Shown piece by piece: positions 46,559 to 56,012 of a DNA stretch of 64,000 bases. Position 1 is the stretch's first letter. Every line of letters begins with the position of its first letter. The DNA is from an uncultured virus (IMG/VR IMGVR_UViG_3300009093_000038) (lineage: Duplodnaviria > Heunggongvirae > Uroviricota > Caudoviricetes): IMG/VR virus record IMGVR_UViG_3300009093_000038. The stretch is one strand, 5' to 3'. The position numbers and the translations under genes were made by a program. The notes below the pieces were generated by a model. That model did not search any database. It saw nothing but the letters and a program-made list of their open reading frames with translations, and had not been told where the DNA came from.

Positions 46559-47040
46559 CTCGCGATGTTTATTGTCCGCGCTGCGACTGCTGTTTCCTGG
46601 TGGCAAAAGATGAGGGCGATACTGCCGCCTGTCCGCAGTGCTGCTATGAGTTTGACGTAGAGTGGTTCTACGATCAAGACGGTGAGAGCGTGCGCCCGGT
46701 CGCTCAGAACCTCGCATTGTTTCAGACACGGCCCTCAAAAGACAGAGTCGATGCGGTGATTTACGCTGCGCAATGCGCCATGGAAAGTCAGATGGGCGTG
46801 CCACGTGAGTTTTTCGCCGAGGCTTCCACCAATTTCATCAGGCAATCCCAGATCGCGGTCAGGTACACCACAATGCTGGAGAGCGCTAAACGCCAGCTTT
46901 CCATCCGTGCCCAGGCTGAATGGATGGGGATGCGCCTGGAGAATAACCGCAAACGAATGCGCAAGCGCGTGCGCCAACGCCTTCGCCGGTGGAGCATCCT
47001 GGACGAGCATTGGACCAACAACCCGAATGGAGACTGGTGA
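46555..47040 (+). CDS. Zn-ribbon-containing hypothetical protein
   Basis: CPRC..CPQC. Confidence 0.55.
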   Translation: MTRDVYCPRCDCCFLVAKDEGDTAACPQCCYEFDVEWFYDQDGESVRPVAQNLALFQTRPSKDRVDAVIYAAQCAMESQMGVPREFFAEASTNFIRQSQIAVRYTTMLESAKRQLSIRAQAEWMGMRLENNRKRMRKRVRQRLRRWSILDEHWTNNPNGDW

Positions 47041-47041
47041 T

Positions 47042-47224
47042 ATGAAAACTAAACGAGTGGTGCGCTTCAAACGGATCAAGATGCTGAGCGGCGGATACGT
47101 CAGGTTCGACACGGTACCGACCCAGGGATCACCGGTGAGCAATGGTGTCTATATCAACGCGGCAGCGTGGCCCGGCATCGCCAATGCCAAAGAGGTAAAA
47201 GTCACTTTTGAAGTGGTTAAGTGA
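47042..47224 (+). CDS. Hypothetical protein
   Basis: MKTKRVV start after the previous stop. Confidence 0.5.
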   Translation: MKTKRVVRFKRIKMLSGGYVRFDTVPTQGSPVSNGVYINAAAWPGIANAKEVKVTFEVVK

Positions 47225-47250
47225 CTTATATTCATGGTGTAAAGAAAATA

Positions 47251-47289
47251 CACTTTGGGTATTGACAAAGGCACAGATTTGTTTACATT
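47251..47289 (+). promoter_or_regulatory. Promoter with extended -35 and TGTTTACA box
   Basis: CACTTTGGGTA-TTGACA-N16-TACATT, 7 nt before ATG 47297. Confidence 0.8.
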
Positions 47290-47296
47290 TGTGCGT

Positions 47297-47728
47297 ATGA
47301 ATAACGAAGTCTCCTTCATCATGCCAGCCTGGCAACAGAACCAGCATCTCAACTTCGGTGAAATCCGTCAGGTCGCCCAGGCCGCTGCCAACGCTGCCGG
47401 TGACAAAGCCCAGGAGGTCACCAGGGCCAAATTCGCTGCCCTGGCGCGCAAGCCCAAGATCGACTTCAACAACGTCCGCCTTCAGGCCATCACCTGCGGC
47501 GTCATTGATGCTCGCTACGGTGAATGCCTTTACGGCACTCATCACGCGGTGGTCAACGGGCGTACGCTCTGCGGTCAGAGCGCCCGTGAGCGCGAGGGTC
47601 GGACGACGATGTGGTTTAGCCTCGAATCTCTCCACAGCCAGGACCAGGCCGATGAGTTCATCACCTGCAACCGCTGCCGCAAATCCATGGGTTTCAAACC
47701 TGTCCGTGATTCACAAATACTTTTATGA
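47297..47728 (+). CDS. Hypothetical protein
   Basis: H..LCG..CNRC metal-binding pattern. Confidence 0.6.
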   Translation: MNNEVSFIMPAWQQNQHLNFGEIRQVAQAAANAAGDKAQEVTRAKFAALARKPKIDFNNVRLQAITCGVIDARYGECLYGTHHAVVNGRTLCGQSAREREGRTTMWFSLESLHSQDQADEFITCNRCRKSMGFKPVRDSQILL

Positions 47729-48417
47729 GCCAACTCGCACTCAAACCCACGAGCGGGATGAAGTCCATCGCCTACTTCCGCGATGGCACTGGCCGCTGCT
47801 GCGACCGCTGCGGCACCTTCATAAAGAACGTCGCCCTGATCACTTTCAAGGATGGCTCCTATCAGTCGTACGGCTCCGAGTGCATCGAGAAGGTCCTGGC
47901 TGGTGACCTCAGCCTGCTCAAGCTGTGGAAGACCAACTACAAGCTGCTCCAGAAGTGGCAGCGCTATCTCGAAATCCTCAGCCGTCCCGTGGACAAGATT
48001 CCGTTCGACACGCGTGGCTATTACGACCGTGGTGTGTTCTTCGTGTCTGATGACGAAGGCAAGGGCATCTGCTGCGGAATGCGCTACAATCTCCCGAGTT
48101 CTGGCCGCTTGATCATCCACAGCGGCTGCAACATTTTTCATCCCACTCACGTCACCGAACCCGCGCTGGCAGGCATGACCGGCGCGCAGACCTTCGACAT
48201 GCGCGGTGCGGCGGGTGGGAGCGCCTGGGAGCCGTACACTCGTGAGAACTGGGAGAAGAAGTGCCGTGCTGATCTCGAAGCGCACAAGGCGTGGCTCGCG
48301 TTTGAGATCGACCGCATCAGCAAGTTTCTGGCCCGCATCCTGGAGAAGGGCCTCATCACTCAACAGCAGGCACAGGCAGCACAAAATGAACAAGGAACTC
48401 AAGAAGCTCAGGCGTGA
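47725..48417 (+). CDS. Hypothetical protein
   Basis: CDRCG..GSEC. Confidence 0.6.
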   Translation: MSQLALKPTSGMKSIAYFRDGTGRCCDRCGTFIKNVALITFKDGSYQSYGSECIEKVLAGDLSLLKLWKTNYKLLQKWQRYLEILSRPVDKIPFDTRGYYDRGVFFVSDDEGKGICCGMRYNLPSSGRLIIHSGCNIFHPTHVTEPALAGMTGAQTFDMRGAAGGSAWEPYTRENWEKKCRADLEAHKAWLAFEIDRISKFLARILEKGLITQQQAQAAQNEQGTQEAQA

Positions 48418-48580
48418 GATCACCACGGCCAAGCGCACGCTAAATCGACCACAGTCGTACGGTGCCCAGGTCATCGGTTACACGCTGAAGATGATCGACG
48501 AGAAGTTCGGCAAGGCCGAGGCGAACAAAGCCATCGTTGAACTGGGCCTGGAGCGCTGCGGCTGGAAGCAGGAGAAATGA
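48386..48580 (+). CDS. Hypothetical protein
   Basis: Operon ORF. Confidence 0.5.
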   Translation: MNKELKKLRREITTAKRTLNRPQSYGAQVIGYTLKMIDEKFGKAEANKAIVELGLERCGWKQEK

Positions 48581-48768
48581 AAACTGCTTCTCTAGTTGCC
48601 GACACGGTCTGCGTCCTCTGCCCAGAGTGCAAGGAAGCGATCCCGAACAAGGCGAACGGCTCTCTACTGTGGACGCGTGAAGACTTCACTGACCAGCCCC
48701 AGGAGTGCGAGTGCATATCCTGCGGAGCCAAGGTGCGTGTGGTTCGGCGCGAACGCGTTCCTTTCTGA
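48577..48768 (+). CDS. Zn-ribbon protein
   Basis: CPEC..CISC. Confidence 0.55.
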   Translation: MKTASLVADTVCVLCPECKEAIPNKANGSLLWTREDFTDQPQECECISCGAKVRVVRRERVPF

Positions 48769-48771
48769 TTT

Positions 48772-48954
48772 ATGGCACGAGGCGACATCAAACGATTCCG
48801 GGAGTATCTGAACTCACTGGATGACGGTGAATCGAAGCACCAGCATGGGCGCTATCACCAGCTCAAGCGCAAGTATGGCGATTACCTTTACTCCCAGGAT
48901 CGTGAGAAGTTCATGGTCGATATGGAGGAGTGGTTAAAATCAAATCCCCAATGA
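48772..48954 (+). CDS. Hypothetical protein
   Basis: Operon ORF. Confidence 0.55.
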   Translation: MARGDIKRFREYLNSLDDGESKHQHGRYHQLKRKYGDYLYSQDREKFMVDMEEWLKSNPQ

Positions 48955-49130
48955 GCAAATCCAAACCAGTATTCGAAGCGATCCACCTGGCGGCTCTGGC
49001 CATAGACGAGGTTCAGGCTCGCGGCACCAAGCGGCACGCGAGGGCGCTGAAAGTCCTGGAGGAAGGCCGTAAGCTCTGGCGCGCCAGGTCGGAACGGAAG
49101 TGCCCCAAGTGCGGCCATAAGCTTCCATGA
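48951..49130 (+). CDS. Hypothetical protein
   Basis: ATGA coupling; CPKCG. Confidence 0.5.
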   Translation: MSKSKPVFEAIHLAALAIDEVQARGTKRHARALKVLEEGRKLWRARSERKCPKCGHKLP

Positions 49131-49137
49131 CAAACTG

Positions 49138-49176
49138 CACTTTGGGTATTGACACCAAACCATAATTGTTTACATT
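49138..49176 (+). promoter_or_regulatory. Promoter with extended -35 and TGTTTACA box
   Basis: CACTTTGGGTA-TTGACA-N16-TACATT, 8 nt before ATG 49185. Confidence 0.8.
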
Positions 49177-49184
49177 CCAATGCA

Positions 49185-49439
49185 ATGAATGACGAGTTCC
49201 CCAAGATGTCTGAGTTCGAGACCAAGGTTTTCACCCGTTTCGCTCGCGCCCACAAGCCTGGCTACGGCGATCACAGCATCCAGCTCGAAGGCGATGGCCG
49301 CATCGCGATCTGTGCTGCCGCGCACCGGCTGATGAAGAAGGGTGTCCTCATCAAGCACAGTGCGTGCAACTGGTATTTGACCGAGCTTGGCCGGAAGATG
49401 GCCGTCGAGTGGCAGAAGCTTAACCCCAAGAAGGCATGA
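49185..49439 (+). CDS. Putative winged-helix protein
   Basis: LMKKGVL..WYLTELGR. Confidence 0.5.
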   Translation: MNDEFPKMSEFETKVFTRFARAHKPGYGDHSIQLEGDGRIAICAAAHRLMKKGVLIKHSACNWYLTELGRKMAVEWQKLNPKKA

Positions 49440-49648
49440 AACAAAAGTCCTTTGAAGTCACCGGCACGGCCTTTGTCCCTGTGAAGGTGCGCGTCACTGT
49501 CCAGGCGGAAACCATCGACGAGGCGATGGATAAGGCCAATGCGCAGTTCAAGAAATCGTCCTGCCGTGAGCACGTCGTCACTGGGTCAGAGGACTACGGC
49601 GCGACCTTCGGCTTTGATGCGCTCGACGCTGCGGAGACCAAGCCATGA
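49436..49648 (+). CDS. Hypothetical protein
   Basis: ATGA coupling. Confidence 0.55.
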   Translation: MKQKSFEVTGTAFVPVKVRVTVQAETIDEAMDKANAQFKKSSCREHVVTGSEDYGATFGFDALDAAETKP

Positions 49649-49944
49649 ACCAACCGATTTACATCATCACGGAGGAAGCCATGCAGGCAGCTCTCGATAT
49701 GGCGCGCTGTGACTTTCCGCAGCGTGGTGAGCAGCCTGGCGCGGAGTGGGGCTATTTTAACTTCGCCGAAGTGAAGTCTCGGATGCGCGCCGCCAAGGAG
49801 CACTTCCCAGGCAAGTATGACTTGGCCAGCGTCGCCCAGAAGGTGCGCCAGATGGAGACCGATAAGATGGTCGCCACCGCCAACCGTGGACTGATCCGTC
49901 TGCTGCACCATCTGAAAACAAAACGTGAGGAGCTGAAGGCATGA
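49645..49944 (+). CDS. Hypothetical protein
   Basis: ATGA coupling. Confidence 0.55.
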   Translation: MNQPIYIITEEAMQAALDMARCDFPQRGEQPGAEWGYFNFAEVKSRMRAAKEHFPGKYDLASVAQKVRQMETDKMVATANRGLIRLLHHLKTKREELKA

Positions 49945-50297
49945 AACAACCCTGGACCCAGGAACCCTGGCCGGACACTGGAGATGTCGTCGCATACCGA
50001 GGCGACAGCAGCGGCACTGCGATCAATGACGACAACGAGGCCGAGGACTATCAGCGCGCCAGGGTGTGCGTCAACGCCTGCGCTGGCATCGCGGACCCGG
50101 CTGACTTTATCAAGCAGGCCCACCAGGGCGGCATGAAACTGTTCCGCATCAAGGCAGCGGGAAAGATTATTTCGAGCGGCGTGTTCGCGCCCAACCAGGC
50201 GGCAGCCAAGCGCCTGTTCAAGAAAGAATATCCTCGGTGGAAGTCCGCCAAGCTGACGGTAACCGAGATCACCAAACCCTGTGTTTTCAATTTATGA
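49941..50297 (+). CDS. Hypothetical phage protein
   Basis: RARVCVNACAGI motif. Confidence 0.6.
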   Translation: MKQPWTQEPWPDTGDVVAYRGDSSGTAINDDNEAEDYQRARVCVNACAGIADPADFIKQAHQGGMKLFRIKAAGKIISSGVFAPNQAAAKRLFKKEYPRWKSAKLTVTEITKPCVFNL

Positions 50298-50605
50298 GTG
50301 AGAAGAAACAAGAGACCGGCTGGTACGTGCGTCCCGACCACCCGCACCAGGTGATGGACGTGATCGGCAACCACGTGGCTGACACCTATGGCAAGTTCGG
50401 AGAGGACGCTGCCGAGCGCGCTGTGCTGATCGTCGAGACCGTCAACGAGCGCCCTCTCGTGGAGGACGTTGTCCACGCCGCCCAGATGATTGCGGAATAC
50501 GGGGCGAAGCAGCTTCACATGAAGAACCTTCGTGCTGCGGTCCTGGCGCTACAGAAACGTCGGACGGCGGTCAGCGCGCTGAAGGAAATGAGGAGCAAAT
50601 TATGA
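50294..50605 (+). CDS. Hypothetical protein
   Basis: ATGA coupling. Confidence 0.55.
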   Translation: MSEKKQETGWYVRPDHPHQVMDVIGNHVADTYGKFGEDAAERAVLIVETVNERPLVEDVVHAAQMIAEYGAKQLHMKNLRAAVLALQKRRTAVSALKEMRSKL

Positions 50606-51021
50606 GAACACCGTGGCAGCGCAAGACCGTGACGTTCCCTGGGATTGAGCCTTTCCCGGCGCTTGTGGACCCGTTCCAGGACAACTACGGCAAGCACCTG
50701 GTTGTGACTGAGAAGCACGGTCCAAAGATGTTGATGAAGGCTCACTCCAGCCAGCTTAGTGCGCCAATGGCGAAAGACTACGATGAGTTCACTCGGATCG
50801 AGGACCTTTACGTTGACCAGCTCAGCCGTGCTGAAATGAAAGTTGAGCTTGAGCGTTTGATCGCCAAGACTCGGAAGGATAATCCGGGTGTGGCGGCCAT
50901 TCTTCTTACCCTCAGCGCCTGCGTGGATTTAGGAACGGAACTTAAGATGGCGGCCCACGTTCGCCCGTTCAATGAGAAGAATATCGTCGCAATGGCGGCC
51001 ATGAGGGCCGCTGAAAATTAA
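50602..51021 (+). CDS. Hypothetical protein
   Basis: ATGA coupling. Confidence 0.55.
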   Translation: MRTPWQRKTVTFPGIEPFPALVDPFQDNYGKHLVVTEKHGPKMLMKAHSSQLSAPMAKDYDEFTRIEDLYVDQLSRAEMKVELERLIAKTRKDNPGVAAILLTLSACVDLGTELKMAAHVRPFNEKNIVAMAAMRAAEN

Positions 51022-51026
51022 AATTT

Positions 51027-51413
51027 ATGCCACCCGAACCTAAAAAGACGTTGCCGCCTCTGCCGCCGAAAGAACCCGATGCCCGGCCTTGGCGCTGGCT
51101 CCACGATAAACCCGAGGGCATGTGGTATCTCGTAAACGGGCCAGAGGGCAAGGAAAACTCAGTGATCCCGGCGCTGCACGCTTTCGAGGATTTTGGCGAA
51201 AGCGTCAATGCTCAGCTCATCCTGCGCGCCGTAAACCAGTATGACATTGTGCGTGAGCTGATCGTCGCGGTGACTCGCTATACACGGGTAGTCGAAGACC
51301 ATTATCACACTCTGACTGATGGTCAGTTTGGCCGGTTTAGCGATAATCCAGCCGGTAAAGAGCTGGCGGCTGTCATCGTGAAGCTGTTAGAAATTCACGA
51401 AAGTAAGGGTTGA
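51027..51413 (+). CDS. Hypothetical protein
   Basis: Operon ORF. Confidence 0.55.
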   Translation: MPPEPKKTLPPLPPKEPDARPWRWLHDKPEGMWYLVNGPEGKENSVIPALHAFEDFGESVNAQLILRAVNQYDIVRELIVAVTRYTRVVEDHYHTLTDGQFGRFSDNPAGKELAAVIVKLLEIHESKG

Positions 51414-51446
51414 CTCTTGACCACAAAATTGTAAACAATTTCCGTT

Positions 51447-51854
51447 ATGGGCGGCACTATTACACCACCATCCGACCGGCAGGTCATCAGCGATCTGCGC
51501 CAGGAGAACGCAGCGCTTCGCAGACTCCTGGAGAAGCTGGCACGCGCACGCACCGTGAAGGACTTGAAGGCGGCGCAGAAGGAAGCCCAGGAGGAGATCA
51601 ACGGCCCTGTCCGCCAGTCCAAGTCCATCTACTGGAATCGTTGGGACACGGGGTACGAACCTCCCCGCCTGCGTGAAGTGCGCGGCAAGATGCGGGTCGT
51701 TCCTCAGTATGGCGGCGACGGCCTTTACTTTTTAATGGAGGGCAGCAAAAAGGTCAACGAGTGCTCGATGACAGCCCAGGACGCCCGGCAGCGTAATGCC
51801 GACCGAACGAAGAATAACATCAAGGCGCTGTGGCACTGGTCAGGCAGGAAATAG
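51447..51854 (+). CDS. Hypothetical protein
   Basis: After TTGACT..TGTAAACA promoter (51410-51439). Confidence 0.6.
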   Translation: MGGTITPPSDRQVISDLRQENAALRRLLEKLARARTVKDLKAAQKEAQEEINGPVRQSKSIYWNRWDTGYEPPRLREVRGKMRVVPQYGGDGLYFLMEGSKKVNECSMTAQDARQRNADRTKNNIKALWHWSGRK

Positions 51855-51866
51855 TTCTCTCGGGAT

Positions 51867-52232
51867 ATGGCAAAATCATCTTTCAATATCTCGACCGGTG
51901 GCCTCATCGTAATCTTTGCAGTCGGCTACATGGGTTACCAGCTTCTCCACAAAGCTATTGGCAGCGACGACAGTGACAGCGAGGAGACCAAGCCGAAAGT
52001 CACCACCCGTGCCGCCGCTCCTGACGATGATGTCACCGTCACGAAGAAAGTGATGAGCGACAGCGAACATGACACGGTCGTTGTGCGCTCGAAGGGCAAC
52101 GAGTACGTCCGCATCGGCGAGATGGTTTTCTGCTGGCACAGCAACGTGCTCACCGGTGTCTTCACCAAGAATGGCCTCGTGCCCGGCTGGCAAACCATGA
52201 CCAATCAACCACCACCATCACATGCTCCGTAA
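51867..52232 (+). CDS. Membrane-anchored hypothetical protein
   Basis: N-terminal TM helix. Confidence 0.55.
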   Translation: MAKSSFNISTGGLIVIFAVGYMGYQLLHKAIGSDDSDSEETKPKVTTRAAAPDDDVTVTKKVMSDSEHDTVVVRSKGNEYVRIGEMVFCWHSNVLTGVFTKNGLVPGWQTMTNQPPPSHAP

Positions 52233-52416
52233 ACTTTTTGATTTCATTCGTAAGAACTTCTGGTCTCACCAGTGGCGCTACAGCAACCCCCACAACCGGC
52301 GTTGCGCAGTCTGTGGCCGACATGAGGTCGAGCACGGTAATGGCGAGATCGGGTTCGCGAGCATGTCGTGGTGGGAAGTGTTCGATGACGGCAAGGAGGA
52401 GAAGCATTATGTCTAA
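52222..52416 (+). CDS. Hypothetical protein
   Basis: H.W..RRCAVCG. Confidence 0.5.
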   Translation: MLRKLFDFIRKNFWSHQWRYSNPHNRRCAVCGRHEVEHGNGEIGFASMSWWEVFDDGKEEKHYV

Positions 52417-52726
52417 AGAATCGAAGTTCGAAAAGTTCGAGGTCAAAATGATTCTCTTAAAGCCGCACAAGCCCTGGCGCGGCAAGTCCGTCCTGATCCA
52501 CTGGCCAGGCTGGAAGCACCCACTCGCGATCCACATCTATCCGCACACGGAATACGATGTCAGCAATGGCGACGGTTTCGACAAGATTATCCGCTATGAA
52601 GTGAGTTGGTCCGTCCTTGGCTCTGTGCCCGTTCTCCAGGCGCGCCGGTATGCCCACGCGATCAACATGGCCGCGAGCGAGGCCAAGCTGCTGGAGGACA
52701 AATACGTCGGGAAGGATTACAAGTGA
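52409..52726 (+). CDS. Hypothetical protein
   Basis: Operon ORF. Confidence 0.55.
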   Translation: MSKESKFEKFEVKMILLKPHKPWRGKSVLIHWPGWKHPLAIHIYPHTEYDVSNGDGFDKIIRYEVSWSVLGSVPVLQARRYAHAINMAASEAKLLEDKYVGKDYK

Positions 52727-53106
52727 GCGTGGAAACCAAAAACGATTTCGAGGGCCTGGTCACCAGGTTGGGAGGCGACGCTCTCTTTGCCATGATCAGC
52801 GGTAAGAAGACCTGGCACGATCTCGTTCACGGGATCGCGTTCGGCACCGCTCGGTGGGCAGGTGAGACGATCACGGACCCGATTCGAAAGGAGCGCGACG
52901 CGGCACTCAGAGTCCTGGAAGCCGTGAAGACTCATCTGTCGCCAGCTTTCCTTCCGTCGAATGAGGCTGATGTCCACGTCTGCAAATACTGCGGCAAAGG
53001 AAAGCGCTTCACTCGCGGGGGTCTTGTTGAGTCTCTGGGCGAGGCGTGCGCTCCAGACTGTTTGTGGGAGAAAGTAAACAAAGCTCTGGAGGCCGCTAAA
53101 ACATGA
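52723..53106 (+). CDS. Hypothetical protein
   Basis: GTGA coupling. Confidence 0.55.
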   Translation: MSVETKNDFEGLVTRLGGDALFAMISGKKTWHDLVHGIAFGTARWAGETITDPIRKERDAALRVLEAVKTHLSPAFLPSNEADVHVCKYCGKGKRFTRGGLVESLGEACAPDCLWEKVNKALEAAKT

Positions 53107-53486
53107 GAGCCTATTACGCAGCCAACGTGAAAGAGCGGATGGACAAGCTAACCACCGCTCAGCGCCGGACCGTTATCCGCTACGCCAAGACCGAGGCCGA
53201 GCGCCTGGCCAGCTCGGGTGACATCCAGGCAGAGCTGTTCGCTGTTCTTCCACGCCACCTGGATGTGTGCGGATTCACCACGAAGCAGCGCAAGCAGTCA
53301 CCGCGCAAGCAGATGGAGGAAGCGTTCTTCAGCTTTTACCGGGATGGTATCACTGGCGACGCAGGCAAATATCTGTCGAACAAAGTGATTCGCAAGCTGA
53401 TGAAGATTCCCGGCAACGACTTTCATTTCGCTTACCGAACATTCGCGGCGGGCTGGTCATTGGGCAGGACGTTTGGGCTGCGCTGA
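53103..53486 (+). CDS. Hypothetical protein
   Basis: ATGA coupling. Confidence 0.55.
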   Translation: MRAYYAANVKERMDKLTTAQRRTVIRYAKTEAERLASSGDIQAELFAVLPRHLDVCGFTTKQRKQSPRKQMEEAFFSFYRDGITGDAGKYLSNKVIRKLMKIPGNDFHFAYRTFAAGWSLGRTFGLR

Positions 53487-54322
53487 TCTGTCATTCTCCA
53501 TTTCAGCAGGTCGATCAGTGACTGACGCACAACGGGTCGGAGCGCTTTCATCTTCTTGCGCCATTTGCGCTTCCACGGGGCTTTCTTTTTGTTCAGCTCG
53601 TCCCGGTGTTCCTCTCGGTATTTTTTAGCGGCAGTCTTGGCTTTGGTTAAGTTGCGCTCGCGCCAGCTCTTGTTCCTGGCGTTGGTGATCTCGGGGTGCT
53701 CGTCCCTGAATTTGTAAACGTGGAAGTATTGAGAGCACTTCGGGCTGCAAAACTTGCGCTTCTTCAGGTCGGCAAACCTCCAGAACAGCCTGCCACACCT
53801 GGAAAACTGGCACTTCACCAGAATTTTCCGGCGTGCTCGTTTCTTTTCTTTATAGCGCCTGGCGTTCAGCGTCGAGTACATGTGAGCTTCGCAGCAGAAG
53901 TTCACTTTGTTCGACTTGGCAAAGAATGGCTGTCGGCAGTGATCGGCCAGACAGGTGCGCAGGAAATATCCTTTCGGCGGCTTCAGGCGTTTTCTGGCTT
54001 CTCGCACGGTGTGCAGATGAAGCGACGGTTGCAGGTGCTCGCGTATTCGCTGCTTGATCACCAGCCACAGGGCATTGAGTTCTTTGGCCTCCTCCTGGTC
54101 ATCGGTCTGCTTCCGTGGATGAACTCGGATCGCGTGGCGTTTGTAAACTTTCTCAGCGTCGTAGAGGACGTATTCGAGCTGACCCTGCCAGTGTTCCCAG
54201 AAGTTTCGTACGCACCAGATGTGCCGGGGCAGACCGAGCTGCTTCAGCAGAATCTTAATCGAAAGACTGCGCAGACCGTAATAGCGTCCACGGTATTTTA
54301 CGAGTGCCCTGTTTCTCCTCAT
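53432..54322 (-). CDS. Basic Zn-finger-rich putative DNA-binding protein
   Basis: C..C.F..FC..[CH] modules twice; Lys/Arg-rich tail; ATGA-coupled to the LuxR gene. Confidence 0.55.
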   Translation of the reverse strand: MRRNRALVKYRGRYYGLRSLSIKILLKQLGLPRHIWCVRNFWEHWQGQLEYVLYDAEKVYKRHAIRVHPRKQTDDQEEAKELNALWLVIKQRIREHLQPSLHLHTVREARKRLKPPKGYFLRTCLADHCRQPFFAKSNKVNFCCEAHMYSTLNARRYKEKKRARRKILVKCQFSRCGRLFWRFADLKKRKFCSPKCSQYFHVYKFRDEHPEITNARNKSWRERNLTKAKTAAKKYREEHRDELNKKKAPWKRKWRKKMKALRPVVRQSLIDLLKWRMTDQRSPNVLPNDQPAANVR

Positions 54323-54654
54323 CGCATCGAGTAAGAACGGGAGGCGACCGGCAGGTGCAGGACGTTTTTCTTCGGCTCGTTGAGATTCTTCACCACGTTG
54401 TGATGCAGGGCGTAGTGGATCAGTTCCGGCAGGGTGGTGAGATTCAGCTTCTCGAAGATGCGTTCGCGATACGTGGCAATGGTCTTGACCGACAGGAACA
54501 GCTTCTTCCCGATCTCGGTGGACGGCACGCCCAGGGCCAGGAGTTTCATCACTTCCAATTCCCGCTTTGAAAGGCTGGCGACACCTTCTTTGACCGGCAC
54601 CCATCCCCGGCCATGAGTATAACGACAAAGCCTGACCTCACGCGTCGATTTCAT
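54319..54654 (-). CDS. Stand-alone LuxR/NarL-type HTH protein
   Basis: LSKRELEVMKLLALG..EIGKKLFLSVKTIATYRERIFEKL. Confidence 0.9.
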   Translation of the reverse strand: MKSTREVRLCRYTHGRGWVPVKEGVASLSKRELEVMKLLALGVPSTEIGKKLFLSVKTIATYRERIFEKLNLTTLPELIHYALHHNVVKNLNEPKKNVLHLPVASRSYSMR

Positions 54655-55025
54655 TTGGTTAGGTCGAAGAAGTTGGTGGCGTAGCGCATCTTCCCTTTGT
54701 CGTAGTAGGTCAGAATCTGTTGCTCCATGATCCGGCCCTTTGCGTCTATCGGGTTGATCATGGTTGTAACTTTTGCGGTTACATTGGGAGAAGCCGCGAA
54801 CACCTGGGCCTCCCAGGCTTGCTGTTGGAGAGCATTGTTTGTCTGGACGGCGACCTGCTGGAGCCGGAGCGAAGCGTTGAGCTTTTCGCGAAGCGGTCGG
54901 GCTTGGTCTCGGGAAAGAGTCTGCCGCTGAATCAGCTCAGCATTGACGGCTGGCGGTGCGGTCGGGGTCTGCGCGCAACCAGTAATTAAAAGCAATAGGC
55001 ATAGTAATCGGGTTGTCATATCCAT
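54651..55025 (-). CDS. Putative lipoprotein
   Basis: Lipobox LLITGC. Confidence 0.65.
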   Translation of the reverse strand: MDMTTRLLCLLLLITGCAQTPTAPPAVNAELIQRQTLSRDQARPLREKLNASLRLQQVAVQTNNALQQQAWEAQVFAASPNVTAKVTTMINPIDAKGRIMEQQILTYYDKGKMRYATNFFDLTK

Positions 55026-55085
55026 AAAAGAACGGATGCAGTGTCACTTGCATTTTAAGTCAAATAAGTGTAAACATTTTTCCGT

Positions 55086-56012
55086 ATGAAAAATATCTAC
55101 CTAACCATCACCCTCTTATTAACCCTCGTGCGCGCCAACGCGGACACTGTTCAATACATGAAACAGATGGTCACAGGCCGCAATGTTTACGCGCCTTGCG
55201 TTATCTACGACGCCCAGGCGAACAAGTATAAAATGTGGTACGGCGGCTGGCAGAACAGCAACAACGTGCCTAACGACGACATCTGGTACCGCGAGTCCAC
55301 GGACGGCACAAACTGGACCACCGCGCCGACCAAGGTCATCGACCACAACACGCTCGGGATGTATCACGTCAATGACCCCACGGTGATCAAAGCCTGGAAT
55401 GCCGTGCTCCACACCAACATGTATTGGATTTACTTCACCGCCATTGCCTGCGACCCGAATACCTGCGACATCACCAACCATCACATCTGGGCGGCCAGTG
55501 GTTTCGACGGCAAGACCTTTGGCGCTTACACGAAGGTCATCGACGGCTACAACGGCGCAGGCGTGTTCGCTCCGTCCGTGGTCAGCATCGACCCGACCAA
55601 TGGAGATTTCTGGCTTTACTATCAGATCACGGGCGTCGCTGATCGCATCATCCTGACCAAACTTACGGGCGGCACGACCGTCACAACCACGGAGGAAGTC
55701 TTCGTCTCGCCCCAGGATGGCGCGCACAACCCGGACGTGGCGATCCTGCCGGATGGAACCTGGTCGATGTGTTACAACCGCATTACGTCCAGCAACACCT
55801 TCAACATCTGGCGGCTGACCTCCACCAATGGGACTTCGTGGACTAACGATCACATGGTGCTTTACAGCGGATGCACGCCGTTCTGCGTGGCGCAGACGCC
55901 CAATCAGCGATGGGTGGACACGAATCACTATTGGCTCTATTACGGCCTGGATGAGACGATCACCAACCCATCAGCCGAAATCCACGGCTGGTACATGCAG
56001 GCCAATCCCTGA
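55086..56012 (+). CDS. Secreted five-bladed beta-propeller glycoside hydrolase-like protein
   Basis: Signal peptide; YAPCV, NDPTV, APSV, NPDV blade starts; SxDGxxW repeats. Confidence 0.7.
   Translation: MKNIYLTITLLLTLVRANADTVQYMKQMVTGRNVYAPCVIYDAQANKYKMWYGGWQNSNNVPNDDIWYRESTDGTNWTTAPTKVIDHNTLGMYHVNDPTVIKAWNAVLHTNMYWIYFTAIACDPNTCDITNHHIWAASGFDGKTFGAYTKVIDGYNGAGVFAPSVVSIDPTNGDFWLYYQITGVADRIILTKLTGGTTVTTTEEVFVSPQDGAHNPDVAILPDGTWSMCYNRITSSNTFNIWRLTSTNGTSWTNDHMVLYSGCTPFCVAQTPNQRWVDTNHYWLYYGLDETITNPSAEIHGWYMQANP

Noticed and set aside
53432..54322. HNH homing endonuclease
   Set aside because: Zn-finger and basic segments are present but no HNH or GIY-YIG catalytic motif is visible
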